The notes: generated by a model not told the origin, from the sequence alone. Shown: positions 9,638-24,087, counted from the first letter of the stretch. The stretch is DNA of 64,000 nt from Candidatus Eiseniibacteriota bacterium (GCA_041483195.1 JBGPFC010000018.1:1-64000), one strand, 5' to 3'. Program-made: numbers and translations.

Positions 9638-9844
9638 GGCCGGGAAGTATAGCGCCCCGCGCGGATTTGCCCCGCAACCCGGCGCGTGACGGCCGCGCAC
9701 CGGCGCCCGCCCGACCGGCGCGCGACGCTGTGCTAGACTGCGCGCGCAAACGCGCGAGCGATCGCGCCTCACCGCGATCCGCGCCGCGAGTTCGAACCTT
9801 CTCGATGCCGCCGCCTACCGCGCGCGGCAGGGAGCACGACTCAC

Positions 9845-10978
9845 ATGATGAAACGCCTCTCCTGCCTCATCGCGATCGCCGCGCTCGCGGCACTCGCCGG
9901 ATGCTCGGCGCCCAAGACCAAAGCCCCGGCGACCGGAGCCGCGGCGGCCGGCGCTTTCAAGATCGGCGTCATGACCGGCACCGTCTCGCAGGGCGAAGAA
10001 GATTTCCGGGCGGGGGAGCAGGTCGAGGCGAAGTACCCGGGCCGCGTGAAGCACGTCACCTATCCCGACAACTTCTCGACGGAGCTCGAGACCGTGATCG
10101 CGCAGCTCACCGGGCTCGCCGCCGATCCCGCCGTGAAGGTGATCGTAGTCGGGCAGGCGATCCCGGGATCTGTGACCGCCGCCCGCAAGATCCGCGAGCA
10201 GCGTCCCGACATCCTGATCGGCTTCGTCGGGCCGCACGAAGACCCGGACGTCGTGAACGAGGCGTGCGACCTCGCGATCCAGCCCGACCAGTACGCGCGC
10301 GGCGTCACCATCATCGCGACCGCGCAGGAGATGGGCGCGAAGAACTTCGTGCACTACTCGTTCCCGCGCCACATGTCGCAGATGCTGCTCGCGCAGCGGC
10401 GCGACATCATGAAGAAGGAATGCGACAAGCGCGGCATGCACTTCTACTTCGTGACGGCGCCCGATCCCACCGGCGAGGGCGGGCTGCCGGCCGCGCAGCA
10501 GTTCATCCTCGAGGACATTCCCCGCCAGCTCAAGAAGCTCGGCCCCGCGACCGCGTTCTACAGCACCAACGACGGCATGCAGGAGCCGATGATCAAGGCG
10601 ATTCTCCAGGCGAAGGCGGGCTACTTCGTCGAGCAGGACGTGCCCGCGCCCACCCAGGGTTACCCCGCCGCGCTCGGCATCTCGATCCCGCCCGACAAGG
10701 CCGGCGACATGGCGTGGATCAACGGCGAGAACAAGCGGCTGATCGCCGAGAAGGGCATGACCGGACACTTCGGCACGTGGACCCAGCCGGTGGACATGGT
10801 CTCGATCCGCGCGTTCACCAACCTGCTGGTGGACGCGGTCGACAAGAAGGCCGACTACCGCGACTCGCTCACGGTGCAGCGCTACCTCGAGGCCGAGGCC
10901 GGCGGGCCGGTGAAGCTGCGCAAGTACGATGCGAAGGGCAACCAGTGGCTGGTGGTGCTGGACCACGTGACGTACTAG
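9845..10978 (+). CDS. DUF3798-family ABC transporter substrate-binding lipoprotein
   Basis: Lipobox LAGC; MTGTVSQGEEDFRA, TYPDNF, FVHYSFPRHMS, TNDGMQEP motifs. Confidence 0.85.
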   Translation: MMKRLSCLIAIAALAALAGCSAPKTKAPATGAAAAGAFKIGVMTGTVSQGEEDFRAGEQVEAKYPGRVKHVTYPDNFSTELETVIAQLTGLAADPAVKVIVVGQAIPGSVTAARKIREQRPDILIGFVGPHEDPDVVNEACDLAIQPDQYARGVTIIATAQEMGAKNFVHYSFPRHMSQMLLAQRRDIMKKECDKRGMHFYFVTAPDPTGEGGLPAAQQFILEDIPRQLKKLGPATAFYSTNDGMQEPMIKAILQAKAGYFVEQDVPAPTQGYPAALGISIPPDKAGDMAWINGENKRLIAEKGMTGHFGTWTQPVDMVSIRAFTNLLVDAVDKKADYRDSLTVQRYLEAEAGGPVKLRKYDAKGNQWLVVLDHVTY

Positions 10979-11009
10979 TCACGATCCACGAAGGTCGCGA
11001 GGCCGCAAC

Positions 11010-11942
11010 ATGAACGTCGCATACGTCGCTCCGCTCCGTCTCGCCTGGGCGCGCATGACGCGCATGCTGTTCCTCCCGTTTCAGATCGAGAACTGGCTGG
11101 TGCTGGGCTTCGCGGCGTTCCTCTCCCAGTACCTCGCGGGCTCGCAAGGCGGCCAGTACAGCTGGAAGGGCAGGTCCGACAACATTCCGCACAGCGTCAT
11201 CCACAGCGTGCGGAGCTTCGTGCTGAATCCCTTCTGGTCGGCGCTGCTGATCTGGATCGCGATCTTCGGGCTCGTGATCGCGGTAGTCCTGATCTGGATC
11301 AACGCGCGCGGCAGGTTCATCTTCCTGCACAACGTCGCCCACGAGCGCCCCGGGATCGTCGAGCCGTGGCAACGCTACGCGCGGCTCGGCAACTCGCTCT
11401 TCCTCTGGAGCCTGCTCTACGCGTTCGTCACGCTGGCGATCGTCGTCGCGCTCGCGCTGCCGTTCATCGGGGCGCTGATCACGGCCTTCCAGAGCGAGGA
11501 ATTCCGCTGGCCGGCGGTGGGCCTGATGCTCGCGTGGGCGCCGGTCGCGGCCGCGGTCGGAATCGTGGTCGCCTACTTCTACATGATGCTCAATCACTTC
11601 GTGGTCCCGATCATGTTCCGTCACGACCTCACGACCGCCGCGGCGTGGGGGCGCTTCATCCCGCTGTTCCGCGCCCACCCCGGGAATTTCCTGCTCTACG
11701 GCCTGTTCATGCTCGGCCTCACGATCGTGGTGGGCTTCGCGTGCGCGACGCTCGGCTTCGCGACCTGCTGCATCGGCTTCGTGCTGCTCGCGCTTCCCTA
11801 CATCGGCTCGGTCATCACGCTGCCGGTCGAGGTGACGATGCGCGCGCTGGGGCCGGAGTTCCTCGCGCAGTTCGGCGCGGAGTGGAGCGTGCTCGCGGCG
11901 CCCCCGGCCAAGCCCGCGCCGGTCGAAGGGGCGGGCGCGTGA
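11010..11942 (+). CDS. Hypothetical integral membrane protein
   Basis: 310 aa with several TM segments and a TCCIG motif. Confidence 0.8.
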   Translation: MNVAYVAPLRLAWARMTRMLFLPFQIENWLVLGFAAFLSQYLAGSQGGQYSWKGRSDNIPHSVIHSVRSFVLNPFWSALLIWIAIFGLVIAVVLIWINARGRFIFLHNVAHERPGIVEPWQRYARLGNSLFLWSLLYAFVTLAIVVALALPFIGALITAFQSEEFRWPAVGLMLAWAPVAAAVGIVVAYFYMMLNHFVVPIMFRHDLTTAAAWGRFIPLFRAHPGNFLLYGLFMLGLTIVVGFACATLGFATCCIGFVLLALPYIGSVITLPVEVTMRALGPEFLAQFGAEWSVLAAPPAKPAPVEGAGA

Positions 11943-12400
11943 GCGCGCGGATCGCGGAGGCGCGCGGCGTGACGATGGCGCGCGCCGTCGAGACGGCGCG
12001 ATTCGGTCGCGCGCGCATCGCGCGGCTCGCATGGGCAGCGTGCGGCGCCGCGGCCATGGCCGGGGCGCTCACGTTGCGCGCGTCGGCGGCGGCGGGCGAT
12101 CCGTCGCATCCGCTCTGCCTCCTGCGCACGGTCACCGGTCTCGCGTGTCCGACCTGCGGCCTCACGCGCGCCGCCGCGCTGCTGCTGGCTGGCGAGTGGC
12201 GGGCGTCGCTCGCGATGCACCCGATGGCCGCAGCACTCGCGGTTCAGCTCGCCGCGGGCTGGATGGCGTGGGGCGTGGCGCTCGCGCGACGCTCGCGCGA
12301 GCGGATCGACCGCTGGATTCCGCACGCGATCGCCGTCGAAGCTGCCGCGTTTCTGGCGATCTGGATCCTGCGGCTCGCGACCGGAACGCTGCCGCGCTGA
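11939..12400 (+). CDS. DUF2752-family membrane protein
   Basis: CLLRTVTGLACPTCGLTRA motif; GTGA overlap with upstream gene. Confidence 0.8.
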   Translation: MSARIAEARGVTMARAVETARFGRARIARLAWAACGAAAMAGALTLRASAAAGDPSHPLCLLRTVTGLACPTCGLTRAAALLLAGEWRASLAMHPMAAALAVQLAAGWMAWGVALARRSRERIDRWIPHAIAVEAAAFLAIWILRLATGTLPR

Positions 12401-12435
12401 GGGTCGCGAGTCCGGCCCGCCCGGGGATTCGCCCG

Positions 12436-13923
12436 CTACGGCGCCGCGCGTTTCAGCAGCCTGCGAATTCCCCGCCCCAGCTCTTCGGCGCTCGGCGGAT
12501 CGTAGTTCGAGAGCACGATCAGCGTGTAGCCGCTCTCCGAATCGATCTCGAGCAGGGCGTTGAGCCCGGGCGCGCCCCCCGCGAACCCGAAGCCGCCCTT
12601 CCCCGAAGCTGATGCGGCGGCGCTCGCCGCCGCGCTCGCCGCTCCGCCTGGCGCTTCGCCGGTGAACATCCAGCGCGTCCAGCCCGCGCCGAGCAGGCGG
12701 CCCGCCTGCAGCGCGTTCGCGAATCGCAACAGGTCGCCAGCGGTCGAGTAGCCGCCGCCGGCCGAGCTGCCGCGCGCGGGGCGCGAGAAGATGTTCTCGC
12801 GCCGCGGCCCGACGCGCGGCGGAGCGGAATCCTCGTGGCCCGGCAGCCGGCGCGTGTAGCCCATCGCCACGTTGGGCTCCGGCGCGTCGGACTCGAAGAA
12901 GCCCGTGCTCTCCATGACCGCCGCCTTCCAGACGTGATCGCGCATGTAGTCCGCGTAGTCCTGCCCGGTGACGCGCTCGATGACGGCGCCGAGCGTGACG
13001 TAACCCGCGTTCGAGTAGCGATGGTCGGTGCCGGGCTCGAACTCGAGCGGCTTCTTCGCGAACAGCGGGAAGTAGTCGCGCAGCGTGCGCAGGTTCGACT
13101 TGTTCATCGCGTCGTACTCTGGACCGAAGAAGTCGCCCATCCCCGAGCTCATGTCGAGCAGCTGCGCGATCGTGACCCGGTCCGCGATCTCGGGTGGAAA
13201 GTCGTTCAGGTATTTCCCGACCGGGTCCGAGAGCGACAGCTTCTTCTGCTCCACGAGCTGGCCGATCGCGACCCTGGTGAAGATCTTGTTGATCGAGCCC
13301 AGGTTGAATCGCGTGTCGCCGCGATTGGGCGCGCGGAAGCGCTTCTCGGCGAGCCCGCAGGCGCGGCCCAGGATGGGCCTGCCGTCTCGCGCGAGCAGCA
13401 CCACGCCCGAGAATTGGTCGGCGCGCGCGACGCTGTCCACCGTGGCGTCGACGGCGCGCAGCAGTTCCGCCGGCGTGAGCCTGGGTCCCGCTTCTTCGGC
13501 GCCCGGCGCTTGCGTCTGCTCGATCCGGATGCCGGCCAGCATCCCGGCCCCGCCCGGCTCGCATTCGAAGGTCAGCTCCACCCACTCCCCCGCGCCGTTG
13601 CGCGCGAGCAGGACGATCGAATCGTCCCCCGACGCCTTGACCCGCACCATGCCCAGCGATCGGAGATCCTGCTTCATCTGCTTCCAGCGGTTCGCGCGCT
13701 CCTCGGCCGGCCGCTGCTTCGCGCCCGCTTCCGAGAGGTGGCGGGTGAAGAACTCACGCATCGCGGCGGGATCCTCGGAATTGAAGGCGCTCACGAAGTC
13801 GGCCGCGAGGCGGCCCGCGGGCGTTGATGGGAACACCGAGGACGCGTGGGAGTCGGACGGCGGCGCGGTGCCCGACACCGCGAGCGCGCAGGCGAGCAGG
13901 CAAAGCACGATGGCACGGATCAT
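12436..13923 (-). CDS. Serine hydrolase (beta-lactamase/PBP class C family), secreted
   Basis: SxxK (GSINK), YSN, GGGYSTAGDLLRF; signal peptide. Confidence 0.9.
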   Translation of the reverse strand: MIRAIVLCLLACALAVSGTAPPSDSHASSVFPSTPAGRLAADFVSAFNSEDPAAMREFFTRHLSEAGAKQRPAEERANRWKQMKQDLRSLGMVRVKASGDDSIVLLARNGAGEWVELTFECEPGGAGMLAGIRIEQTQAPGAEEAGPRLTPAELLRAVDATVDSVARADQFSGVVLLARDGRPILGRACGLAEKRFRAPNRGDTRFNLGSINKIFTRVAIGQLVEQKKLSLSDPVGKYLNDFPPEIADRVTIAQLLDMSSGMGDFFGPEYDAMNKSNLRTLRDYFPLFAKKPLEFEPGTDHRYSNAGYVTLGAVIERVTGQDYADYMRDHVWKAAVMESTGFFESDAPEPNVAMGYTRRLPGHEDSAPPRVGPRRENIFSRPARGSSAGGGYSTAGDLLRFANALQAGRLLGAGWTRWMFTGEAPGGAASAAASAAASASGKGGFGFAGGAPGLNALLEIDSESGYTLIVLSNYDPPSAEELGRGIRRLLKRAAP

Positions 13924-14665
13924 TGACTCTCCTTTCGCGCCGCGACCGGCGTGCGCATTGGATACCCGTCACCCGCTCAGGGTTGGGTGAGGAGTCGCGA
14001 GCATCGCGGCAACCGCGGGTGTCCGCCATCGCCACCTCCAATCGCGCGCTCGGTTGAACGGCCCAGTAGGGCCCGGGACGGCGGTAACCAAAGGAGGCAT
14101 CGGGCGAATGCAGGTTTCGGCATGGGACATGCTGATCAGGGCACATGCAGCGCTATAAGCGTGTTTGAAATCTATACCTTGACTTGCTCGTCCATCGGGT
14201 AACTAATCTGCGGCGAAGGCATCACTTTCTCTGATATCAGCACCGATCATTAAATCAGTCGCGGTTTCATGGAACATTCTGTAGCTTGACCCCCGGAAGC
14301 AACCGAGACCATGAGATCGGCCGCCCCGATGATCTCCTGCCCGGCCCGCCCGGCCGCTTGCTCTCCGCGGGCGTCGAAGTCGCACGGCCCTTCCCCGCCT
14401 TTCCCCGTTTCGGCGCGTAGCCCCGTTCCGCACTGGAGCCGGAACCGCATGCGAACTCTCCGCGCGCACGATGCGCGAACTTCGATCGCTCCGGGAAAGG
14501 CAGGCCCCTGATCTCGCAATCCCCGAGTTCGAGACCGATCCGCAGATTGCGCTACGTGGCCTTCGCGGCGTCCGTCAGCCATGGAGAGGCTGCCCTGAAC
14601 CATCGGGGTTCTCGCAGGCAGGCCGAGCGGCACGCGAGACCGCAGCACCCAAACGGAGGCGTATC

Positions 14666-18181
<3,516 letters not shown>

Positions 18182-18195
18182 TCGCATGAGTCAGG

Positions 18196-18232
18196 GGCGG
18201 GGCCGGAGCACGATGCTCCGGCCCCGTCGTTT
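18196..18232 (+). terminator. Intrinsic terminator-like hairpin after the S8 gene
   Basis: ggcggggccggagca-cga-tgctccggccccgtc followed by gttt. Confidence 0.7.
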
Positions 18233-18334
18233 GTGGCGGCCCGCGGGCCACACTTGCACCGGATGGACCTTGCGCGGCAATCTCCGGCACCTCATGCCAA
18301 CCCCACCCCTCCCCTCACCCGCCGCCGTGCGCCC

Positions 18335-19936
18335 GTGACCCAGCCCGTCCTCGAGCTGCGCGAGATCACCAAGGAGTACGACGGCAACCGCGTGCTGAAG
18401 GGCGTGTCGCTGGTGGTGCGCCCCGGCACCATCCACGCGGTGGTCGGCGAGAACGGCGCGGGCAAGTCCACGCTCATGAACGTGCTGTTCGGCATGCCGG
18501 TGATCCGCGAGACCGGCGGGTACGGCGGCCAGGTCGTGCTGGATGGACGCGAGGTGTCGTTCGCGGCGCCGATCGAGGCGATGGCGGCGGGGATCGGCAT
18601 GGTGCACCAGGAGTTCATGCTGATCCCGGGCTTCACCGTGGCGGAGAACATCAAGCTCAACCGTGAGCCCACGATTCCAAATCTGCTTTCGCGCATCGCG
18701 GGCCCCGCGCTCGAGACGCTCGACGTGCCGGCGATGCGTCGCGACGCGCGCGCCGCGCTCGATCGCGTGGGGCTCGCCGTGGACGAGTGGCTGCCGATGG
18801 CGGGGCTGCCGGTCGGGCACATGCAGTTCGTCGAGATCGCGCGCGAGGTGGACAAGAAGAAGGTGCGGCTCCTGATCTTCGACGAGCCCACCGCGGTGCT
18901 CACCGAGAGCGAGGCGACGCAGCTGCTGAGCGTGATGCGCTCGCTCGCGGCGGAGGGCATGGGCCTGCTGTTCATCACGCATCGCCTCGACGAGGTGCTG
19001 GCGGTCGCCGACGAGATCACCGTGCTGCGCGACGGCGAGGTCGCGGCGCGACTCGAGCCCAGGCGCACGACGGTCGGCCAGATCGCGGAGCTGATGGTGG
19101 GCCGCCCCGCGGCGGTGGTGAAGCCGGGCGGCGCCGCGGCCCGCGCCGCCGGGCCTCCCGCGCTCGCGATCACCGATCTCGCGGTGGAGATGCCGGGCGA
19201 GCGCGTGCTCGGCGTGTCGCTCACCGTGGAGAAGGGCGAGGTGCTGGGCATCGCCGGCCTCGCCGGCCAGGGCAAGATCGGCATCGCGAACGGGCTGATG
19301 GGCCTCTACCCGGCGCGCGGCTCGGTGGCCAAGGACGGGAAGCCGCTCGCGCTCAATGATCCGCGCGCCGCGATCCGCGCGGGGCTGGCGTTCGTCTCGG
19401 AGGACCGCCGCGGCGTCGGCATTCTTCCAGACGAGAGCATCGAGCTGAACATCGTGCTCACCGCGCTCGAGGCGCAGAACCGCTTCCTCCGCCCCGGACC
19501 GATCGGGCCGCTGCGCCTGCTCGATCGCGGCGCGGCGCGGCGGCACGCGCTCGAGATGATCCGCGCGCTCGACATCCGCTGCCGGGGCCCAAGGCAGCAG
19601 GTGCGGCGGCTCTCGGGCGGCAACCAGCAGAAGGTGTGCCTCGCGCGCGCGATGACGCTCGACCCCGACACGCTGCTGGTCTCGGAGCCGACGCGCGGCA
19701 TCGACGTCGGCGCGAAGGAGCGGGTGCTCGAGATCCTGCGGGGCCTGAACCGCGAGCGCGGCATGACGCTGGTCGTGACCTCGTCGGAGCTCGCCGAGCT
19801 GCGCGCGATCTGCGACCGCATCGCGATCGTGTACCACGGCCGCATCGAGGCGGTGCTGCCTCCCGACGCGAGCGACGAATCGTTCGGCCTCGCGATGGCC
19901 GGCGAGCTGCACGGCGCGGAGGCGGCGCGTGGCTGA
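18335..19936 (+). CDS. Sugar-type ABC transporter ATP-binding protein (two NBDs)
   Basis: GENGAGKST, DEPT, LSGGNQQK, EPTRGIDVGAK. Confidence 0.95.
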   Translation: MTQPVLELREITKEYDGNRVLKGVSLVVRPGTIHAVVGENGAGKSTLMNVLFGMPVIRETGGYGGQVVLDGREVSFAAPIEAMAAGIGMVHQEFMLIPGFTVAENIKLNREPTIPNLLSRIAGPALETLDVPAMRRDARAALDRVGLAVDEWLPMAGLPVGHMQFVEIAREVDKKKVRLLIFDEPTAVLTESEATQLLSVMRSLAAEGMGLLFITHRLDEVLAVADEITVLRDGEVAARLEPRRTTVGQIAELMVGRPAAVVKPGGAAARAAGPPALAITDLAVEMPGERVLGVSLTVEKGEVLGIAGLAGQGKIGIANGLMGLYPARGSVAKDGKPLALNDPRAAIRAGLAFVSEDRRGVGILPDESIELNIVLTALEAQNRFLRPGPIGPLRLLDRGAARRHALEMIRALDIRCRGPRQQVRRLSGGNQQKVCLARAMTLDPDTLLVSEPTRGIDVGAKERVLEILRGLNRERGMTLVVTSSELAELRAICDRIAIVYHGRIEAVLPPDASDESFGLAMAGELHGAEAARG

Positions 19937-21008
19937 AGCTCCCGCGCGCCCGGACGACGGCGGCGCCGGCGCAGCGGGCGCCGTGCGGGAGTACCTGCGC
20001 GAGATCGGCATCCCGCGGCTCCTGATCGGCGTGTTCCTGGTCGCGTTGTTCGGCGTCGCGTTCGCCACGAAGATGGACATCCCGGGGCTCGCCACCGACT
20101 GCATCTTGCGCATCGCGCGCAACGGAATCCTGGTGCTCGCGCTGTTGCCGGCGATCCAGGGCGGCGTCGGGCTCAACTTCGGCCTGCCGATCGGCATCAT
20201 CTGCGGGCTGATCGGCTGCGTCATCACGCTCGATCTCTCGATCGGCGGATGGCTCGGGCTCGGGCTCTCGGCGCTGATCGGCGCGCTGCTCGCTGCGCCG
20301 GTCGGCATGGCCTACGGCTGGCTGCTCAACCGCACGCGCGGCCAGGAGATGATGGTCGGCACCTACCTCGGATTCGCCGTGGTGTCGGGCATGAGCATCT
20401 TCTGGACGATCGCGCCGTTTCACAACCCGCTGCTGGTGTGGGCGATCGCCGGCAAGGGGCTGCGCACCACGCTCACCATCACCGGCATCTGGGACAAGCT
20501 GCTCGACCAGCTCGGGCAGTTCACGCTCGCCGGCGTCACGGTGCCCACCGGATCGCTCGCGCTGTTCGCGCTCGCCTGCGTGATGGTCGGGCTGTTCTTC
20601 CGCACGCGCGCCGGGCTCACCATCAGCGCCGCGCGCAGCAACCCGCGCTTCGCGCGCGCCGCCGGCATCTCGGACGAGCGCACCCGGGTGCAGGCCACCA
20701 CCTTCTCGACCGTGCTCGCCGCGATCGGCATCGTGGTGTTCTGCCAGTCGTACGGCTTCGTCCAGCTCTACACCGCCCCGCTGCTGATGGCGTTCCCCGC
20801 CGTGGCCTGCCTGCTGATCGGCGGCGCCTCGGTGAGCCGCGCGACGCTCACTCACGTCGTGATCGGAACGGTGCTGTTCCAGTCCATCCTCACGGTGGCG
20901 CTCCCCGTCACCAGCCAGGTGATCGCAGGAGATTTCTCGGAGACCGCGCGGCTCATCATCCAGAACGGCATGATCCTCTACGCGCTCACCCGGCGCGGGG
21001 ACCGCTGA
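19929..21008 (+). CDS. ABC transporter permease
   Basis: Multi-TM; GxGLNFG, GQEM motifs; operonic with the ATPase. Confidence 0.9.
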   Translation: MAEAPARPDDGGAGAAGAVREYLREIGIPRLLIGVFLVALFGVAFATKMDIPGLATDCILRIARNGILVLALLPAIQGGVGLNFGLPIGIICGLIGCVITLDLSIGGWLGLGLSALIGALLAAPVGMAYGWLLNRTRGQEMMVGTYLGFAVVSGMSIFWTIAPFHNPLLVWAIAGKGLRTTLTITGIWDKLLDQLGQFTLAGVTVPTGSLALFALACVMVGLFFRTRAGLTISAARSNPRFARAAGISDERTRVQATTFSTVLAAIGIVVFCQSYGFVQLYTAPLLMAFPAVACLLIGGASVSRATLTHVVIGTVLFQSILTVALPVTSQVIAGDFSETARLIIQNGMILYALTRRGDR

Positions 21009-21010
21009 TC

Positions 21011-22189
21011 GTGAACACGCAGACTCCTCAGCCCTCGGGGCCCGCGCCGCGGGCGGGCGCGCCCGGGCCGGCGCGTGGTCTGGGCACGCCGGGGCCCGCG
21101 CGCGGTCCGGTCGCGCCGCGCCGCACGCTGCGCGGCGCGCTCTCGCACGCTGCGGTGCCGATGCTGTTCGCGCTCATGTGCGTGCTCGGGATCATCGCGG
21201 CCCACATCGGTCCCGGGTTCCTGATCCGCGAGCTGCTCTCGCGTTTCGCGCGCAACGCGGTGCTCGTGACCTCGCTGCTCATCCCGATCCTCGCCGGGCT
21301 CGGCCTCAACTTCGGCATCGTGGTGGGCGCGATGGCCGGACAGGTCGCCGCGATCCTCGTCACCTACTGGAAGATCGGCGGCATCGCGGGCTTCGCGCTC
21401 GCGTGCCTGATCGCGGCGCCGCTCGCCGTGCTGTTCGGGCTCGGCACCGGCGCGCTGTTCAACCGCTCGAAGGGCCGCGAGATGGTGACCGGCCTGATCG
21501 CCGGCTTCTTCGCGAACGGTCTCTACCAGCTGCTGTTCCTGTTCGGGGTCGGGAGCCTGATCCCGTGGCACGACAAGTCGATGCTGCTCCCGCAGGGCTT
21601 CGGGCTGCGGAACACCGTCGACCTGTTCGGCATCCAGTACGCGCTCGACGACCTCATCAAGGTGAGCGTGCCGATCGACGGCTCGCCGGTGCGCGTGCCG
21701 GTCGTGACGTTCGGCTGCATCGCGCTGGTGTGCGGGTTCAACCTGTTCTTCCAGCGCACCCGGCTCGGCCAGGAGCTGCGTGCGATGGGACAGGACCCGC
21801 ACGTCGCATCGACCGCCGGCATCCGCGTGGATCGCAACCGCGTGATCGCGACCGTGCTCTCCACCGTGTTCGCGGCGTGGGGTCAGCTGTTCTTCCTGCA
21901 GAACCTCGGCACGCTCAACACCTACAGCTCGCACGAGCAGGTCGGCATGTTCGCGATCGCGGCGCTGCTGGTCTCGGGCGCCACCGTCTCGCGCGCGACC
22001 GTGGGGCAGGCGCTGCTCGGCACGCTGCTGTTCCACACGCTGTTCGTGGTCTCGCCGCTCGCCGGCAAGGCGCTGCTGGGCGACGCCCAGATCGGCGAGT
22101 ACTTCCGCGTGTTCGTCGCGTACGCGGTGATCACGGTCGCGCTGGTGCTCCACGCATGGCAGAAGGCGCGGAGGGATCGCGCGGGGTGA
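21011..22189 (+). CDS. ABC transporter permease
   Basis: Multi-TM paralog of the preceding permease (GLGLNFG, GREM). Confidence 0.9.
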   Translation: MNTQTPQPSGPAPRAGAPGPARGLGTPGPARGPVAPRRTLRGALSHAAVPMLFALMCVLGIIAAHIGPGFLIRELLSRFARNAVLVTSLLIPILAGLGLNFGIVVGAMAGQVAAILVTYWKIGGIAGFALACLIAAPLAVLFGLGTGALFNRSKGREMVTGLIAGFFANGLYQLLFLFGVGSLIPWHDKSMLLPQGFGLRNTVDLFGIQYALDDLIKVSVPIDGSPVRVPVVTFGCIALVCGFNLFFQRTRLGQELRAMGQDPHVASTAGIRVDRNRVIATVLSTVFAAWGQLFFLQNLGTLNTYSSHEQVGMFAIAALLVSGATVSRATVGQALLGTLLFHTLFVVSPLAGKALLGDAQIGEYFRVFVAYAVITVALVLHAWQKARRDRAG

Positions 22190-22202
22190 GCGGCACGCGC
22201 CG

Positions 22203-24077
22203 CTAGCGGGGGCCTGTCGCCCGAGGGCGCATCGCACGGATTCGCTCGCGCAGCTCGTACGCGCCGCGATCGTCGGGACGGGTCGCGAGCAGGGTGTCGA
22301 GCTGGGCGATGGCCTCGGCGGCCATCCCCCGCGGCGCCCACACCGTGGCCAGCACGAAGCGCGAGTCGAAGTTGTCGCGCCACAGCGCGAGCGCGGTCAG
22401 CGCCTCGTGCTCGGCGCTCAGCGAATCGCCGCCGCTCAGCATGCACACCGCGCGTTTGGCCGAGACCGTCGCGCGAAACACCAGCGCGCCTGGATCTCGC
22501 TGCAGCGAGTCCGCGCGGTCGAGCGCGGCGCCGGCCGCGGCCCAATCGGCGCGGCGCATCGCGTCCGTGGCGTCGAGCAGCGCGCGCATCGCGGGCGGGT
22601 CCACCAGCGCGACCTGCGGCACGTGATCGGGCTGGTACTCGACGATCGCGGCCAGGTCGAGCGCGGGCCGGCGGCTGTACTCCTCGAAGCGCACCCAGCT
22701 GAGCGTGCTGTCGCGATACCACACGCGCAACGCGCGGCCCCCCATGAACGCGTACTCGGTCATGCGCGGCAGGTAGTGCTGGCCGACGCGCGCGCCGGGC
22801 GGTAGCGTTGGGAATCGCGATTGGAGCGCGTGGCGCGTGCCCTCCACCAGACGCTGCACACGCGCGAGCTTCACGAAGTCGAGCAGCGCGCCGCTCTCCT
22901 GCGGCGCGACGGTGACGCGCGCCGGCGCGCCCGGGCTCACGGCGAGCATGCCGAGCCGCGCGACCAGCAGCACCGCCGCGAGCGAGGGATGGGCCGCGGC
23001 CAGCAGCGCCGTCAGCGAGATGCCGAGGCCGATCGCGGCGAAGATCCCGCGATAGCCCGACCAGTCGGGCCAGGTCGCGGCGAGCGGAAGCAATCCGAGG
23101 ATGAACCACGCCCCGCCCCACAGCGTCCATGGCAGCGCGCCGCGCAGCCGCGTGCGCGCGGTGGAACGCATGAAGAACATCACGATCGCGACGCCCACCA
23201 GGCCGAGCAACACACCCCTCGCGGCCGGCTCCAGCCCGGCGTCCCCGGACGGCAGGCTGAACACGGAGTGCCACGTGTTCACGCGCGCCCACCACAGACG
23301 CGCGGGCCACGAGGCCGCGGCGCCCGGCGCCGGTCCTGGCCACGCGAGATGAGCGTGCGCGTGGACGACCGCGTACGCCGCGCCCCACGCCGCGAGCAGC
23401 GCGCCGATCGCGAGCGTCCAGCGCAGCCGCGACGATCGCTCGCGAGGGCCCGGAACCCACGCGAGCAACAGCGCGGCGGGCGCGGCCAGCTCCTTGCAGA
23501 GCAGCGAGGCGAGCAGCGCGGCCAGCGTGCCGCCGAGCCGCGCGGCCGCCGCCTGCTGGATCGCGACCGCCGCGAAGAGCACGGCGCCCAGGTCCTGGAA
23601 GTTGCTGGGCCACGAGATCAGCATTCGCGCCGACTCCATGAGCAACGGGAAGCTCGCGGCCATGGCGGCGACCGGGCCGGGGAGGCTTCCGCGCAGCGCG
23701 CGATGGAGGAACAGCGTCGTGAGCGCGAGCAGCAGCGCGTGGAGCGTCGCGATCAGCGCGGGATGCGCCGTCATGACCGGCGCGAGCGCCGCGAAGTAGA
23801 TCTGGCGCGAGAGCGGCCGCCAGTAAAACGCCGAGCCGTACCCGTCGAACAGCGAGAGCCCGGGCGCGAAGCGGACGCGATACAGGCAATCGAAGTCGTC
23901 CGCGACCGGCTCGCCGAGCGCCGCGCCCCGCGCGTGAAGCAGCAGTGGGAGCACGAGCAGCATCGCGGCCCAGGCCCAGCGATCGCGCCACCACGGGGGC
24001 GCGGCGGGCGCGCCGCCCGGGCGGACGGCGCTCCGTGCGCTGCGGGCCGCTTCGTCGAATTCGGGCCGTCGCGGCAT
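22203..24077 (-). CDS. Polytopic membrane protein, putative GT-C glycosyltransferase with C-terminal TPR (paralog 1)
   Basis: WRDRWAW, GEPVADDFD after the first TM, YWRPL, LLCKE, C-terminal helical repeats. Confidence 0.7.
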   Translation of the reverse strand: MPRRPEFDEAARSARSAVRPGGAPAAPPWWRDRWAWAAMLLVLPLLLHARGAALGEPVADDFDCLYRVRFAPGLSLFDGYGSAFYWRPLSRQIYFAALAPVMTAHPALIATLHALLLALTTLFLHRALRGSLPGPVAAMAASFPLLMESARMLISWPSNFQDLGAVLFAAVAIQQAAAARLGGTLAALLASLLCKELAAPAALLLAWVPGPRERSSRLRWTLAIGALLAAWGAAYAVVHAHAHLAWPGPAPGAAASWPARLWWARVNTWHSVFSLPSGDAGLEPAARGVLLGLVGVAIVMFFMRSTARTRLRGALPWTLWGGAWFILGLLPLAATWPDWSGYRGIFAAIGLGISLTALLAAAHPSLAAVLLVARLGMLAVSPGAPARVTVAPQESGALLDFVKLARVQRLVEGTRHALQSRFPTLPPGARVGQHYLPRMTEYAFMGGRALRVWYRDSTLSWVRFEEYSRRPALDLAAIVEYQPDHVPQVALVDPPAMRALLDATDAMRRADWAAAGAALDRADSLQRDPGALVFRATVSAKRAVCMLSGGDSLSAEHEALTALALWRDNFDSRFVLATVWAPRGMAAEAIAQLDTLLATRPDDRGAYELRERIRAMRPRATGPR

Positions 24078-24087
24078 CGCGCGCACG

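Noticed and set aside
12398..14002. tgagg(a)gtcgcgag similarity flanking the serine hydrolase gene as a fourth 3'-end duplication
   Set aside because: Only about 14 bp with an indel in GC-rich DNA; not distinguishable from chance
21030..21120. PGPARG-like tandem repeats at the permease N-terminus
   Set aside because: Degenerate low-complexity linker, not an array
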